Assembly (NCBI GenBank): GCA_964016885.1
Contig: OZ024743.1
Span: 319,300,001 to 319,364,000 of the forward strand
DNA from: Eledone cirrhosa
Lineage: Eukaryota
Length of the DNA stretch: 64,000 bases
Direction of reading: 5' to 3'
Part shown: one piece after another, positions 27,479 through 42,649 of the stretch
Numbering within the stretch: the first letter of the stretch is position 1
Layout: the number at the start of each line of letters is the position of its first letter
The notes under the pieces: generated by a model
Database searches by the model: none
The model's input: the letters and a program-made list of their open reading frames with translations, nothing else
What the model was told of the DNA's origin: nothing
Program-made: the position numbers and the translations under genes

Positions 27479-28586
27479 ACTTACTTGCACTTGTACTTGT
27501 GTTGACATTCACCCTGGACCGGTTGAGCCGGCTTCTTCCCTTGTCTTGACGGCATCCCGAACCATGGCAGCCCACACACGACGGTGCCGGGCTAGGTCAC
27601 TGGAGATAGCGAGCCAGTCACGATTCCATCGGCGCAGGCCGACCACCTGCGGACCTGAGAGTTCTGAGAGATCCTCCTTGATCGTCGTTGCCCAGGTCTT
27701 CAGCTGACCGCCAACGCGCTTGCGCCAGTTACGGAGTGGAGGTGGGAGGAGAATATCGCGGATCAGCTCACCCTCAGGGCGCCGGGCTGCGTGACCAAAC
27801 CATCTCAAGCGCCGTTGCAGAAGCACTGAAGGAAGGGGTCCAAGATTCAGGCGAAGACGAAAACTGGTGGTAGGTACTCGATCAACGCGTCGGCAGCGAA
27901 GAATGGGGCGGAGACAGTCATTGTCGAAGACCTCCAGCCCTCGTTGATCGACTACCCTCATAGGCCATGTTTCACAGCCATAGAGGAGGATAGTGCGAAC
28001 GACGGCCTGGTAGATTTGCCATTTGGTCGCCGAGGTGATCTCTCTCCTGTCCCACAGACACCGCTGGAGGCGCCCAAAAGCGGATCTGGCAGCACCTATG
28101 CGACGCTTGACCTCGGCTGCGCCCTGTCCCGTTGGAACCACTGTTGAGCCCAGGTAAACGAAGGACTCCACATCCTCCAGGTCCACGCCCTCGAGAGATA
28201 TTGGCTGCCAGGCACCAGGCGGGAGCAGTGACGTCATGACTTTCGACTTGGCGGCATTGATTCGTAGACCAACAGCGGCGGCTGCAGTGTGCACCCTTTC
28301 GAGAGCACCCTGTACATCTGTCCCGTTAGCGCCCATCAGCACGATGTCATCCGCGTAGGCCTGGTTCGTCACCACAACCCCTCTCCCGACGTATACGCCC
28401 GGGTAATCCCGGAGCGCTATGTTGAGAGTGTAGTCAATGGCGTAGTTAAAGAGAGTTGGCGATAGCGCACACCTCTGCCGAATACCCGTCCCAACATCGA
28501 ACGACTCCATCTCCCCTCCATAGACCCTCACTCGAGGAGCCCGAGTCGACCGGTAGTAGCCTTGTATGAGACGAAGAAGCTTCACT
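27479..28586 (-). mobile_element. 5'-truncated RTE LINE with open 358-codon RT C-terminal frame (27509-28585)
   Basis: GIRQRCALSPTLF, AYADD, FVYLGS, LLYGCETW, RLRWFGH; (CAAGTA)-like tail; TSD-like GAGAC(A/C)CCT at 27470 and 28587. Confidence 0.92.
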
Positions 28587-28917
28587 GAGACCCCTGCTGC
28601 AACAGCAACTCTACCTTATGGGGCTACCTCAAGCGGGCCGCCGTCTTTCAGACTTTGCGGAGGAAATAAGCAGCCTGGGGAGCAAGGACAGTAACTGTCT
28701 CGACGAAAATCAGTGGAAAGAAGAAACGATCGGTCAGGCCTTCGTATTTAACTGTCTTCCTCTCGTCTGCTCGGGTTTGTTACCGAAGTAACAAGGTTGC
28801 AGGCGGAGAACGAGTCGCTGTGCGTCTCATCCCAGTGACTGTGATTGTGATTAGCACATTAGTGTAGCCCTAGAGGCTTCTTTCGCGTGAGATCGTATGT
28901 GTGTGTATGTGTGTCCG

Positions 28918-28971
<54 letters not shown>

Positions 28972-31087
28972 TGTGTGTGCGCGCGAGTGTGTGTAAGGCT
29001 GTCACGAATCTGTGAACCACCCAGGTAGCCTGAATGACCGTGAAACAATCGACAATATGATTTCTTCGAACGCGTTTCCGGATACGAATTAAGCTCTCTA
29101 TATTTTTCATCACACATTATTTAGTTATGTCTTTTTACGTTCAGCATTCAAATTCCACTGGAGTCGACTTTGCTATTGATTTTTCTGAGATCAATAAAAT
29201 ATGAACCAATCAAGTCCTGGTGTAGATTTAATAGAATTTATCACATCCGGCAAAAACAATGTAGCTTTGTGCCATAGTAAAAAAATTACTTCGATATTAA
29301 AGAAGCTGAGATGTTACTTCCAGTTGTTCTCAAATGATATAGACTTAATCTGTCCCCCGTTTTAAAACCACCATCTTGCTTTTGGGAACCTTTAGTGGAG
29401 TTGACTCTGTTGCAAGTACTCAGGCCAGGCATCCGATTTGAGGATAACTTCCATTTTCCTTTCCAGTCTTGGAGATCCTGAAAAGGGTTATGGACTGCCA
29501 TTCCCTCTCTGCTTGATCAATAAAAAACAAACAAACAATTCTACTATCCTATCATCATAAGGCTCGTTTAGTCTTCTTCTTCTAGCTGTCAAATTATGTA
29601 TTTTCCGAAGGATCAAGTGAGGGAAAATTGAGAAGGTGCTTCTGTCTACTCGTAACTGCATGGACACATTAGAAAATCTTTAAAGAAAGCATAGTACATA
29701 CTACCAACTCATACTCGATTACAAGTGACGGTCGTAGTGTATCATTGTATTAAGTATGCTTTTAACAATTCCGTCTGCAACAAAAAAGATTTCAAGAAAT
29801 ATCAGGTAGATTATGCACTCATTCACTTAGTGGCATTTCTAAAGTCGTGTTACAATGACAGCATGCAGTCAGCTATTTAGCAATTTGGAAATCTTCCACA
29901 AATCCAAATGTTATTAATGATACCAAGCAGCTTCATATACGCAGCTTCAAACCAGTTCACATCTTGCAGAAATGTCATAATTGTGAAATTATATTTAGCT
30001 TTTAATCATTCATGTAGTCTATTCTGTTCGAATATACTATTACAAAACATATTAATGTAATGTCACAATGAAACACCCTGTTCAGCAAAGCTTTTAATAA
30101 CTACTCCAGGTTTACGAATTTATTAAATGAATATTGCGAGAGCACTTGTATTGTACGTATGTCGGCATTTATCAGGAGAGTTTCAACCGACTCCAACAGT
30201 TAATCCATAATATCGCAAACACAGACGACCCATGTTCGATATAGATATTGTCAGTCAGTTGTGATTCTCACTTGACACCATATATATCTTGTCCAAAGTC
30301 TGTCTCAAGTCCGGAAACTCATTAGGCCGGTGCTTATACCGGTTTCCATGGCGTCAAACGACCGTCAATACAAGACATCCCCCTGGACAAGATGCCAGTT
30401 CAACGTAGTGTTAAATCCTCAGCTACTACTGGTACTCATTTTCAGTTGAGTATACTGGAGCAACGTGAATTGAAATGAAATGAAGTGTTTCGCTCAAGAA
30501 CACAACACGCAACCCACGATATTATGATCATAAGTCCAACACCCTTACCACTAAGCCACACGCCTTCACACACCATATATATGAGGGCAAGATATTAATT
30601 CAAAATCTAACTTGATCGTATTAATTCACATTTTCAGTTGACCAAATCAACATTTATTCCATCTCGGTAGGGGTTGTGGCGCGACAGCATCGCGAATGTG
30701 TTTGCCTCAGTGGCGTTAAAGTTTGTGACCTAACCAATGGCGGTTCCTTTGGGTGAAGGAATTAATCTGGGTATGTCGAAGAATTTCGGAAATTAACACA
30801 AAATTCTGTGCACAAACAAGAAAAATTCAGCAAAGACAAAGGTAGCAAAATACTTCCAGTTAGCCTAAATCCATTATTCTTACTGGTCACATTTCATAGA
30901 CACATGGTGTGAACTAGCACTTAGTAGATACAAATTCATACTGTCTAAACGGAACTCTGACCTAAGCGTAACTCTGACTTAAAGAATTGACGGTCTGACC
31001 GGATTCAGGATGCCTCACACCGGGGGGAATTGCAACATCTGTGTTGTACAGATGTAGTGCTCTCATAGTTAATGTTTGTATCTCACA

Positions 31088-31187
31088 AGAAGAAGAAGGA
31101 GGAGGAGGTGGAGAAAAAGAAGAAGAAGAAGAAGAAGAAGAAGAAGAAGAAGAAGAAGAAGAAGAAGAAGAAGAAGAAGAAGAAGAA
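31088..31187 (+). repeat. (GAA)n microsatellite
   Basis: Direct reading. Confidence 0.95.
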
Positions 31188-31758
31188 ATATATATAATTG
31201 TTTCTACTTTAGGCACAAGGCCAGAAATAACCCAGTGCATTACTGGTACTTTATTTTATCGACCCCGTAAGGATGAAAGGCAAAGAAGAAGAATATATAA
31301 TATTTGTCTTTAGCTACAATTTATGCCACCACCAGAAATGAACGGCAAAGATGACCTCGGCAAGATTTGAACTTGAACTGGGAGAGTCTGGACAAATACC
31401 ACAAAGCTATTTACTCCTATGTTTTAACGACTCTGCTACTTCACCGCCTTATTATTTTACTTATATTATTACTGCGGATATGAGTCGAATTACTTACAAC
31501 ATCACTTATACTTACTTATTGCATACGGAAAGTTATTTTAAATGCTTAACGAAATACAGTCTGTTATTCAAAAGGATTACATTTCAGCATTATCAGAATC
31601 AATAGCCAACATGGCTAAGTTGAATTAAAATATTGTTTGTTTTCGAGAGGCTGTAACGGAGTTTGTTGTATTTCAGCATCTCTCGTATCTGTCTGTTTTC
31701 CCGGAGAACCATACATTGAAATAAACTACGTTATATTGCTTTATTCACCTGAAAACAG

Positions 31759-31877
<119 letters not shown>

Positions 31878-33187
31878 CGAAGGAAATGTGGTAAGGAACC
31901 AGATGGACCATAACGCACCAGAGTACTCAATACTTAGGGTAGTAGAATGGGTAATAGGAAAAAGTATGACCCCGTCCAGAAATAGCCGTCGAAACGGCTT
32001 GAGCTCTGCCGTCGGGGTCATACTTTTTCCTATATATATATATATCATAAAACATGTCTATAGAATCACCAGATAAAATATATACCATTTGCTCTCCCAT
32101 ATATATATATATACAGATTGTCCAAAAATGTATATACACTTCAACAGCGTTCTAATAAATATTCCCTGTACAGGTAATCAAAGTGACTATCCATTTTTGA
32201 GGGGACTAGAACTGTGTCATTCATATGAAATTATCAGGAATCTCATTCCTGATAATTTCAATGGCTAGTACCGTAGAAGTCATTTCTATATATATAATAG
32301 AGATGCCTATATTCTACCAATGTACAGAGTGCCTTTTTAAACTGTGGTTACCCCTTGACACAACTCGGTAATCTACACACACACACACATACACACACAC
32401 ACACACAAACACACATATAAATATATATAAATTCATTTTAAAACAACCGAACTGGAAATATTCTTTTAAAAGAATATTTCCAGTTCGGCCTATTTAACTT
32501 CATTCCTGCACCAAGTACGGGATACCACATCCACGATGGATGATTTGCGCGTGGTCGAGTGCTTTTCTTTATTACATAATGGTTTATTAACCGGAATGAC
32601 CAGTTCTACCCATTGGTAAACCACATGACATAACATATTTGCGTCCCTAGAGCGAGGCTGTATCGTCATCAGCTATGACCTTTCCCTACATATACATATG
32701 AGTGTGTTTGTGTGTTGAACAAGGGAAAGACCATGGCTAAGGACGATACAGCCTCGCTCTAGTGACATCGCAAGAGAACTTGGAATGTAAGATGTGGAAA
32801 AAGACACCGCAAGGCACCATGTTTGATGCGCTAACAATTCTGTTATTTCAATTTTACCCCCCTAGGTTGGTATTTTATTTCATTTATCGACCCCCAACAA
32901 ATTAGAGGCAAAGATGTTTTAGAAGAGTTTTGAATTCGAAACTCTGAGAAACGGAACAAATAGCTTCAAGTATTGAAATCTGACGCTCGAGTGACTCCAC
33001 CAGTTCGACATAATTATACATAGACACACACATAGACACACAGACACACACACATACACATATATACGTATATATACAAACACGCATACATCTATACATA
33101 TATTTATTTCTATGTACAGTTATATATATGTGTGCGTGTGTGTGTGTGTGTATAAATATATCAATATACAAATACACATATATATGT

Positions 33188-33232
<45 letters not shown>

Positions 33233-33255
33233 ATAAAACAAATTAGCAGACTAAA

Positions 33256-33294
<39 letters not shown>

Positions 33295-33379
33295 TGTATA
33301 CAGGCATACCTCCTCACTCACACTTACATACATGTAAATGTGTATGCGTGTGTGTGTATATATATACACAAATACACAT

Positions 33380-33414
<35 letters not shown>

Positions 33415-33480
33415 CATAGAGAGAGAAACAGAGACGGGAAGAGAGTGGGTGCGAGCGAGCGAGCGAGCGAGCGAGCGAGA

Positions 33481-33576
<96 letters not shown>

Positions 33577-33899
33577 GAGAAATGTGTATATAAGTGTGTG
33601 TGTGTCCTATTTATAATCTTGTAATACATACAATTCTGTATCTTTTCGGTGTATATAAAGTATAGCTATATACTGGGAGTATTTGCATGTAGGCATCTCT
33701 CATGTTTATTATTTCGGTCACCCGCAATTTCGTTTCATCGGCTTATAGAAAAATGATATCCCATTTCGGATACCCCAAACTACTATAAATAGTGTAGACG
33801 TGTTTACAAATTCTCTTCTCTCCACTGATGATCGTGCTAAGCACCTGAAACTTTAGGCCCCAAATGTGGAAAATCTTTTAATTGATGTATGTTTCCCCA

Positions 33900-35070
33900 G
33901 TCACTAAGCATAGACTTTCTGCGGAGGTTTAACAAAGTGATCCCTCTATAATTGGAGGAATCTCTCTTATCTCGCTTTTTGAAAATTGGAATTATCACTC
34001 CTGATTGCCATTGTTCCAGGCCACCCGACACACACGAATTAGCCAGAGAATGCCTTCTCTATTTCAGGCTTTTAATATCTCGGACCCAGTTATATTCTCT
34101 CCGGCAACCTTGCCACATTTGAACTCATAATTTCTCTTGTGACCTCAGCCTCCGAGGGAGTAGTTATCACTAACAGATGCACCTCGTGTACATCAGACGA
34201 TGCTGTTGTGACCTGGTTTCGGAGATCTGCACAGTATTCTCTTGATCTCGTGAGGATACACATCTCTGAACAAAGGAGTACCCCAGATATGTTCCTGAAA
34301 GCAGGATTCCATCTTAACTCCCAAATCCTCGCATATCTTTACTTTAGACGCCTAGTAAAGGGATGTAGGGAAATTGTTAAGTCCAAGCTAGACGATAAAC
34401 AGCGTGGCTTTCAAACGGGACGCAGAACAGCCGACCAACTATTCACAATGCAGTAGGTCTGAGAAATCCTGGAAGAAATTCCATGGGTGTATGCTTGATA
34501 CGTAGACTTTGAAAAGAATACGACCGTATTCCACGGAAAGTTCTTCTAGAGTATGGATCAATGGACAACTTTTTGTTGCCCTGATGTCTTTATACGAATA
34601 CACTAGTATTTGTGTTTGGATAAATGGTGCTAAATCGAAACGATGCAATGTGGAAGTCGGGCGAGTACTGCGAAGGGTGAGTACTGTCACCACTCATGTT
34701 CACTATTTTCACGAACTGAGTTGACATGCGCAGCCAAGTTGGAAGTGGTATCAAGACTGGCAGGTGTAGAAATAGTCGGCTGTAATTTGTATGTTACTAT
34801 TTAACTCGTAAGAAGGCGTTCTCCAACGTGCACTTGATAAGTTTGATGCCGAGTGCTGCGAAGACTGAGACACTCCTCCACTGAAGGAGGTATGTGCAGT
34901 GCACTCTAGATGTGAGTGGAATTCCACTGAAGCAGGTGGTGGTGTTCATATATCTCCTGACTATGTTCACGAGAGATGAAAGACAGGCGACTGAATTATG
35001 TATAAGAATTTTAGGAGCTGGTGCAACAATGCGCCAGCTTCAGCATTCGGTAATCAGAAAAAAGGGAGAT
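33900..35070. mobile_element. Degraded RTE RT region, 5' part inverted
   Basis: Minus strand WQSGVIIPIFKKRDKRDSSNYRGITLL (33900-34140); plus strand LDDKQRGFQTGRRTADQLFT and later RT motifs (34345-35070). Confidence 0.7.
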
Positions 35071-35468
35071 AGGTCAATTGAAAATATAAACGTCTTTAAT
35101 CGATTTTCGGATGTTATACCCCATACGGGGATATTCGTATTTTCTGACGTGTTTACATACCTCCAAACTAGATCTGTGTATATATTTATACGCGATGGTT
35201 CAGTATCGATTTTACCTGCTGTATTTATACGGACATAATGTGACACCACTTCCAATTCGGCTGCGCATGTCAATTCTGTTCAGGAAGATTATGAATAGGA
35301 GAGGTGACAGTACTCACTTTTTTGCGGACTCCGACACTCACACCGAATGGTTTCGATGTAGCCCCATTTATCCGAAGACAAATACTTGGGCATTCATATA
35401 AACACATTAGAGCAACAAGAAGCTGACCAAATTAGATATGTGTATATATTTATACACGTTTGTGTGTG

Positions 35469-36299
<831 letters not shown>

Positions 36300-36640
36300 T
36301 TTGACGCTTTACTCTTTTGGGTGTATATTAAATAAAGAAAATACTTTATCAGTTCAACGATAACTAACGTATTACATCAGTATACTAACGTAATACTAAC
36401 GTATGACATAAATTCGGTTGAATTGTTTTTCATTTTTCCATTTTTCGGTGAGGAGATATACTTTTTAAGCATATTTATATATTTTTTCACATTCTTCAAT
36501 GTTATACTTTCGTTTATCTGTTATTTAGATATATATACATATATACATACGGATATATACATACATAAACATACATATATACATACATATATTTATATAA
36601 ATATAACTATATTTATATAAATATATGTATGTATATATGT

Positions 36641-36753
<113 letters not shown>

Positions 36754-37171
36754 GAATATGTGTTCCTACACGCACAAGGCGCTAAGGGACACATGTATTG
36801 TCCAACCAAATGCCCATGTGGTTCAATGGCAGGTTAATAAATTAACGACCCAGAACATATATAATCAAGGTTTAGCAAAGAAGAAAAAGTTTCAAAATAA
36901 ATTTTAAAAAATTAACTTTACTTACTATGGTTTCGAATCCCAAAAATAAACGGAGTCCATACGGCCTTCGTTGCAAAGAAAGATTCTCGTCAGAAGGATC
37001 TTTTCATTTGAAGTATATAAAATTCTCGAATTCAAATTACGAACTGGCGCTATTCAAAATTGTTCCCGAGATGAGAGTAAATGAAGTGGAATCAATTTTT
37101 TCAAGGGCCGAGTGTAATAACTCATACTGATACCCTGTAATTAACAAGCTCAAAGTATACATACTGAGCAT

Positions 37172-37360
37172 TGGTGGATTGGCAGTGTCGGTAGAGGGTC
37201 AGACGCCATGCTTTGACGTATATAGTTACGGCCCTTGCCATTCGGAGTTCAAATCCCGCCGAGGTTAACTTTGCCTTTCATTCTTACGGGGTCGATAAAA
37301 TACAGTACCAGTAATGTACTGGGTAATTACTGGCTTTGTGCCAAAAGTAGAAACAATTAT
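37172..37360 (+). mobile_element. Family A SINE, full length
   Basis: Highly similar to 801-990, intact A/B boxes. Confidence 0.85.
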
Positions 37361-37685
37361 ATAATAATATATGTAGTAATAAACACATTAGATCGTGTGT
37401 CTAAAATTACGAGGGTTGAAATACCACGTTGGTTTGAGAAATTGAAAAATTATCATGCTCAGTATTTATACTTTGAGCTTGTTAATTACAGGGTATCAAT
37501 ATGAATTATTAACTCTGTATTTCATTTGTATTTCGGCTCCCTAACTAGGTGAGCTTATAAGTTGGGTGTATTAAGGCTATTGTTTCTAGCCTATCCACTC
37601 ACACCACCTTTGGCTTATAGCACACGAAGTGAAATGTTCATTCGTGTGGCTTTTAGCTTTAGGTGTTTGTCACATTTAATCTAAT

Positions 37686-37771
37686 TCTCTCGCTGATGAT
37701 GCCCACGGATTATCTGTTGAAAACACAATTCTCAGGGCGAAACAGATTAAATATCTAATCTGGCCGGGAGA
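37686..37771 (+). ncRNA. Type I hammerhead ribozyme motif, probably inactivated (GGC in place of GUC)
   Basis: Stem I TCTCTCG/CGGGAGA, CTGATGA, stem II base GCCC/GGGC, GAAA, stem III CAGATTA/TAATCTG. Confidence 0.65.
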
Positions 37772-38116
37772 TGTAATAGTTATTGAGACGGTCTGTATAT
37801 TTTCTGTATTTTCCGTTTGCTTCTGGTTAAATTTCTCAAACCAACGTGGTATTTCAGCCATCGTAATTTACTGTGTTTGTTACTACATATATTATTATTA
37901 TATATCTATAATATTATAAAGCTGAGTGTCGTGTGTATGTATTATGTATGTATCCTACACACCTCCCTGTAGTTTCTTAGCTTTACTCTCTCCGTCGCTC
38001 TTCCCGCTCTCTATAATCACACACACATCTACAGAGAGAGACAGAAAAACAGAGGAGGGGGGAAAAAGAGAGAGATAGGCCGTTAGACAGAGAGAGATAC
38101 AATTAAAGTGTTAGTT

Positions 38117-38156
<40 letters not shown>

Positions 38157-38322
38157 CAGCAAGTGACCGCTTTCCAATGACGTTAAATCAAGTATCGGCA
38201 TTAAATCAAGTATCGGCATTAAAATAATTTTCAAATAAAAGATGTGTATGATCAAATGTAGCGGTGATTGAAAAATAACGTTCATTTCCGTGGTATATCT
38301 TTCATCTGGCGTCGCTCGCATA

Positions 38323-38499
<177 letters not shown>

Positions 38500-38727
38500 T
38501 ACATATACTTTCACACCTGATTTCATCAATTGCTGGATAACATCAAAACAATAATATGGTTAAAATTCAAATTTTGCAAAGAGAAGAAAACGGACAAATG
38601 AACTAGATACATCTCACTGCCCCCCGCCACCACAATAACGTCTACACTATCTCCCTACCACCACATTTACATTTACACATGTCATTACACTTGTAGACTA
38701 AAGTCAAACTCTCTACTCTGTGTTGAA

Positions 38728-38758
<31 letters not shown>

Positions 38759-39318
38759 GTATGTATATGTGTGTATATACATCACTCAGTCAAACGACCA
38801 GATTTCAACCCAAACTTCTACAACAACAACAACACCGGCACTAATGTTTACAGCAACAACAGCTTCAGAATGAAATAAAATGAACATTTACAACAACAGC
38901 GCCATCAAACGATTAAAAAAACACAAAAAAAGAAAAAAAAAAAAAATACACACACACACACAACATCAACTGCCACCACCATCACCACCACCATCCACCG
39001 CCGCCATCACCATCACAATCACCAGCGATCGGGCCTTAAGAAAACAACAACTTTAATAATAATAATTTTTCTGCTTTTGGCACGGAGCCAGCGATTGTTC
39101 CAGCGCATTACCGGTGCTCTCTTTTGTTGATTCCGTGGGGATAAAAGGCAAGGTTGACCTCGGCGGGATTTGAGCTCGGAGCGTGGAGGGCCATAGCTCG
39201 ATGCTATAAAGCAATTATAATAATACTGAACGGTAACACGGACGGCTTCAACTATACGAACTCTTTTGAAAGTCAACAGTTGACATAATCTTGTAATCTT
39301 GTATCAGTAATGACGGTA

Positions 39319-39351
<33 letters not shown>

Positions 39352-39361
39352 CGTGTGTGTA

Positions 39362-39408
<47 letters not shown>

Positions 39409-39935
39409 CGTGTGTGTGTTTGTTTGTATGCATGAGTGTTGGTATGTGCGCGCCTATGTATGTGTGTGTGTGGGCGTGTGTGTATGTCGTACGTATGAGT
39501 GTCAATAAGTGATTTTTTTTTTTCTTTATGCGCGGGTACATAGAAATAGTCGGGCAGGATACCTGATCGCGCAGTTAAACAACTGGGAGTGAAGCACCCC
39601 TAGCCCTTGTCAGGGCATTCTCCTAGGAGAAGGCATCTCAGGAAACTGGGTTAACTCCGACATAAAACCTGCGGCTCAGGAGTTACCAATGATGTTGATC
39701 TTTTCTTCTTTTCGGGTTATAGCTACTGTCACTCAGAGAGTGGGATTGGCTCAGTGCACAGTCTTTCCTCACTTTAAAAATATTCGTCACGCACAGGCAT
39801 TGCACGATTGCATTAATTAATAATTCTTAATAGTGTATTATTATTATTATTATTATTATTGTTCTTTGAGTCTCAGTCATTGATGTTATTTAACTGGAAA
39901 GTTTGTTGAAATGAATATCAAGCTGCTACCTGCAC

Positions 39936-39990
<55 letters not shown>

Positions 39991-39992
<2 letters not shown>

Positions 39993-42578
39993 AGTTGCAT
40001 TTATCTTGCTTTATGTTCATACGAGTTATCACCAAGTCACAACCAGTGACCTCAAGAGACAACAAGGTCCGCCATGTTCAAGGAAGAACATACATACTCA
40101 CACATGCATCTTTAGTGTTTAGACTTGTGATGTACTTATATAGACAGAATCTTCCTTAGTATATGGGCAGTTCCCATTAGTACTATCTTTTGTATTTCTC
40201 CTATACGCGGGTTTCCTGGGATCTGCGATAAGTAATCATTAGACTCCTTAGGTATTATTCCCAGAGCGCCTACAACCACTGGTATTGTTTTAGTTCTCAA
40301 TTTCCACATTTTTCCAATTTCTATCTCCAGGTCCTTATACTTGCTCAATTTTTCAAATGTTTTTATAGATACATTCTTGTCTATTGGAACAGACATATCA
40401 ATTAGCAGGCATACCCTCTTTTTAAAGTCCTTCAATATTATATCAGGTCTATTTGCATCTATTTTTCGGTCTGTTTGGATGCTAAAGTTCCACAAGATTG
40501 AGATGTGATCTTTTTCAAGTATGGGAGGTGGTTGATGCTCCCACCAATTCTTTTGATGGGGCAGGTCAAAATGCTTACACATTATCCAATGTATGTATTG
40601 TGCAGCTCTGTCATGCCTGTTTAGGTATTCGGTTGGAGCTATAGGACTGCACATTGAAATTATATGGTCAATGGTCTCTGGATGTTTTTTGCATACACGG
40701 CATAATGGGCTGCATCCATTTTTTATTATGTTGGATTGGTAATTTTTTGTTGGCAGACACTGATCTTGTGCTGATATAATCAGTCCTTCAGTCTCCGATT
40801 TCAGTCCAGAGGATGCCAACCACTGATGGATTAAAGTTTTGTCAACATCAGGATTGTTAGCTCGCTCTGGGTATTTTCCATACAGAGGCTTTTCTTGCCA
40901 TTTCTTAGCCAGTTTCTGTAGCAGTTCTTTCTTTGCAGTTACTTTTACCTGCTTTGCTTTTTCTGTGTTTTCCATTTCAACAGTAAATGGGACTTCTGAA
41001 ATTTGTAGTCCATTACTGTATCTTTGTGCATCTTTTGTAATGGAATATGATCTTTTGATGCTTTCGTGTTTCAAAACGAGTTTGATCATCCAATCATGTG
41101 ATTCCCTTAGATATGTAGATAATCCAATTGTTGCAGTTTTCAACGCAATGTCTAATCGGATTAACCCACGTCCTCCTTCTTTCCTAGGGAGATATATTCT
41201 ATCTATATCTGCCTTAGGGTGATGCATTCTGTGCATGGTTAAGAATTTTCGAATTTTTGTATCGAGCCTACGGATCTCTGTGCTTGACCAGTTGATGACA
41301 TTGTAACTGTAGGTTACTACTGGTATGGCAAGCGTGTTTATGGCATCGATCCTATTCCTTGCATTCAATTCCGTTCTTAAGATTGCTCTTATTCTGCGGT
41401 AACATTCCTTCCTTATCCTTTCCCTCATTGTCGAGTGCTTGATTCCGTCTCCTTCACAAACACCTAGATATTTGTAAGTTTTTCTTGATCAAGTTCTCTT
41501 ATCACGTTCCCCCGATCAAGATTAATGTCTGAATTCTTCAGCAGCTTTCCTCTGGTGAACGTTGCTTTGGCGCATTTATCTAGTCCAAACTCCATTTTAA
41601 TGTCATCACTGAACTGCTCCACAGTGGATAATAGCCCTTGCAATTGTTCATCATTTTTTGCAAATAGTTTCAGGTCATCCATGTAGAACAGGTGATTAAT
41701 GGTTTTGTCATAGACTTTATATCCATGTTTTGTTTGATTGAGCATTTTACTTAATGGTATAAGTGCGATGCAGAATAAAAGCGGTGATAAAGAGTCACCC
41801 TGAAAAATTCCACAATTAATATTAACTTCTCTAGCTTCCAGTGATTTTGTTTCACTATTCAAAAGGAGTGTCGTTTTCCATGTCTTCATACTGAATGACA
41901 AAAACCTCCTGACAACGGGGGATATTTTGAAAATCTCTAAACATTTTTCAATCCAACTGTGTGGCAAACTATCGAATGCTTTTTTATAAGCTATCCAAGC
42001 AATCGATAGAAGCTGATCCTTACAGCCATATGAGCCTCGTTTACACCCTTTCTGCTCAATGGGAAATAGGTCATTTGTTATCAGGTGGTCATATGTGTAT
42101 TCAGTCAGGACTGATGTTAAAATTTTATACATTGTGGTCAAGCAAGTTATCGGTCTGTAATTTTGGGGATTGTTTGTCTCATTATTCTTCGGAAGCAGGA
42201 ATGTAATGCCGTTAACTAGCCGTGATGGTATCTTTTCTGGCTCCTTAACTATTTCATTGTAAAGTTGGGCTAACAGCTCATGAGACTCTGTGAAGGCATT
42301 TATCCAAAAGTTTTGTATTTTGTCTTTTCCTGGGGATTTCCATTTGCTGGTTTTTCTTAGAGCCAAGAGCAACTGTTCAACTGTTATATTTTCCCATATT
42401 TGTTCCTCAATGTGAGCTGTATCTTTCATTTGTCTGTCTATCCATGGGGCATGTATGTTATGAACTTTTTCTTCGGCCCAGATCTTTTCCCAGAATTCTT
42501 GCACTTCCTCCTTGGGTGGCATTGATTTAGCAGTTATTGTTGACTTACCAATTTTTCTGTAGAAGTTTCTTTGGTTGT
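39991..42578 (-). mobile_element. R4-clade (Dong-like) LINE, 5'-truncated, inserted in (TAA)n
   Basis: RT (NYRPITCL, GIFQGDSLSPLLF, YMDD) in 41464-42522, frameshift, then CCHC CRVCKKHPETIDHIISMC and REL RPDIILKD..LIDMSVP..KY in 40136-41428; short RT deletion; (TTA)n on both sides. Confidence 0.93.
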
Positions 42579-42599
42579 TTATTATTATTATTATTATTA

Positions 42600-42649
<50 letters not shown>

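Noticed and set aside
29286-29510. 71-aa minus-strand ORF as a possible host exon
   Set aside because: Weak splice signals and no recognisable homology
30580-31067. Possible mariner-type MITE (TATGAGGGCA...TGCTCTCATA)
   Set aside because: Inverted match is only ~10 bp; the mariner-like end at ~26990 also has no visible partner
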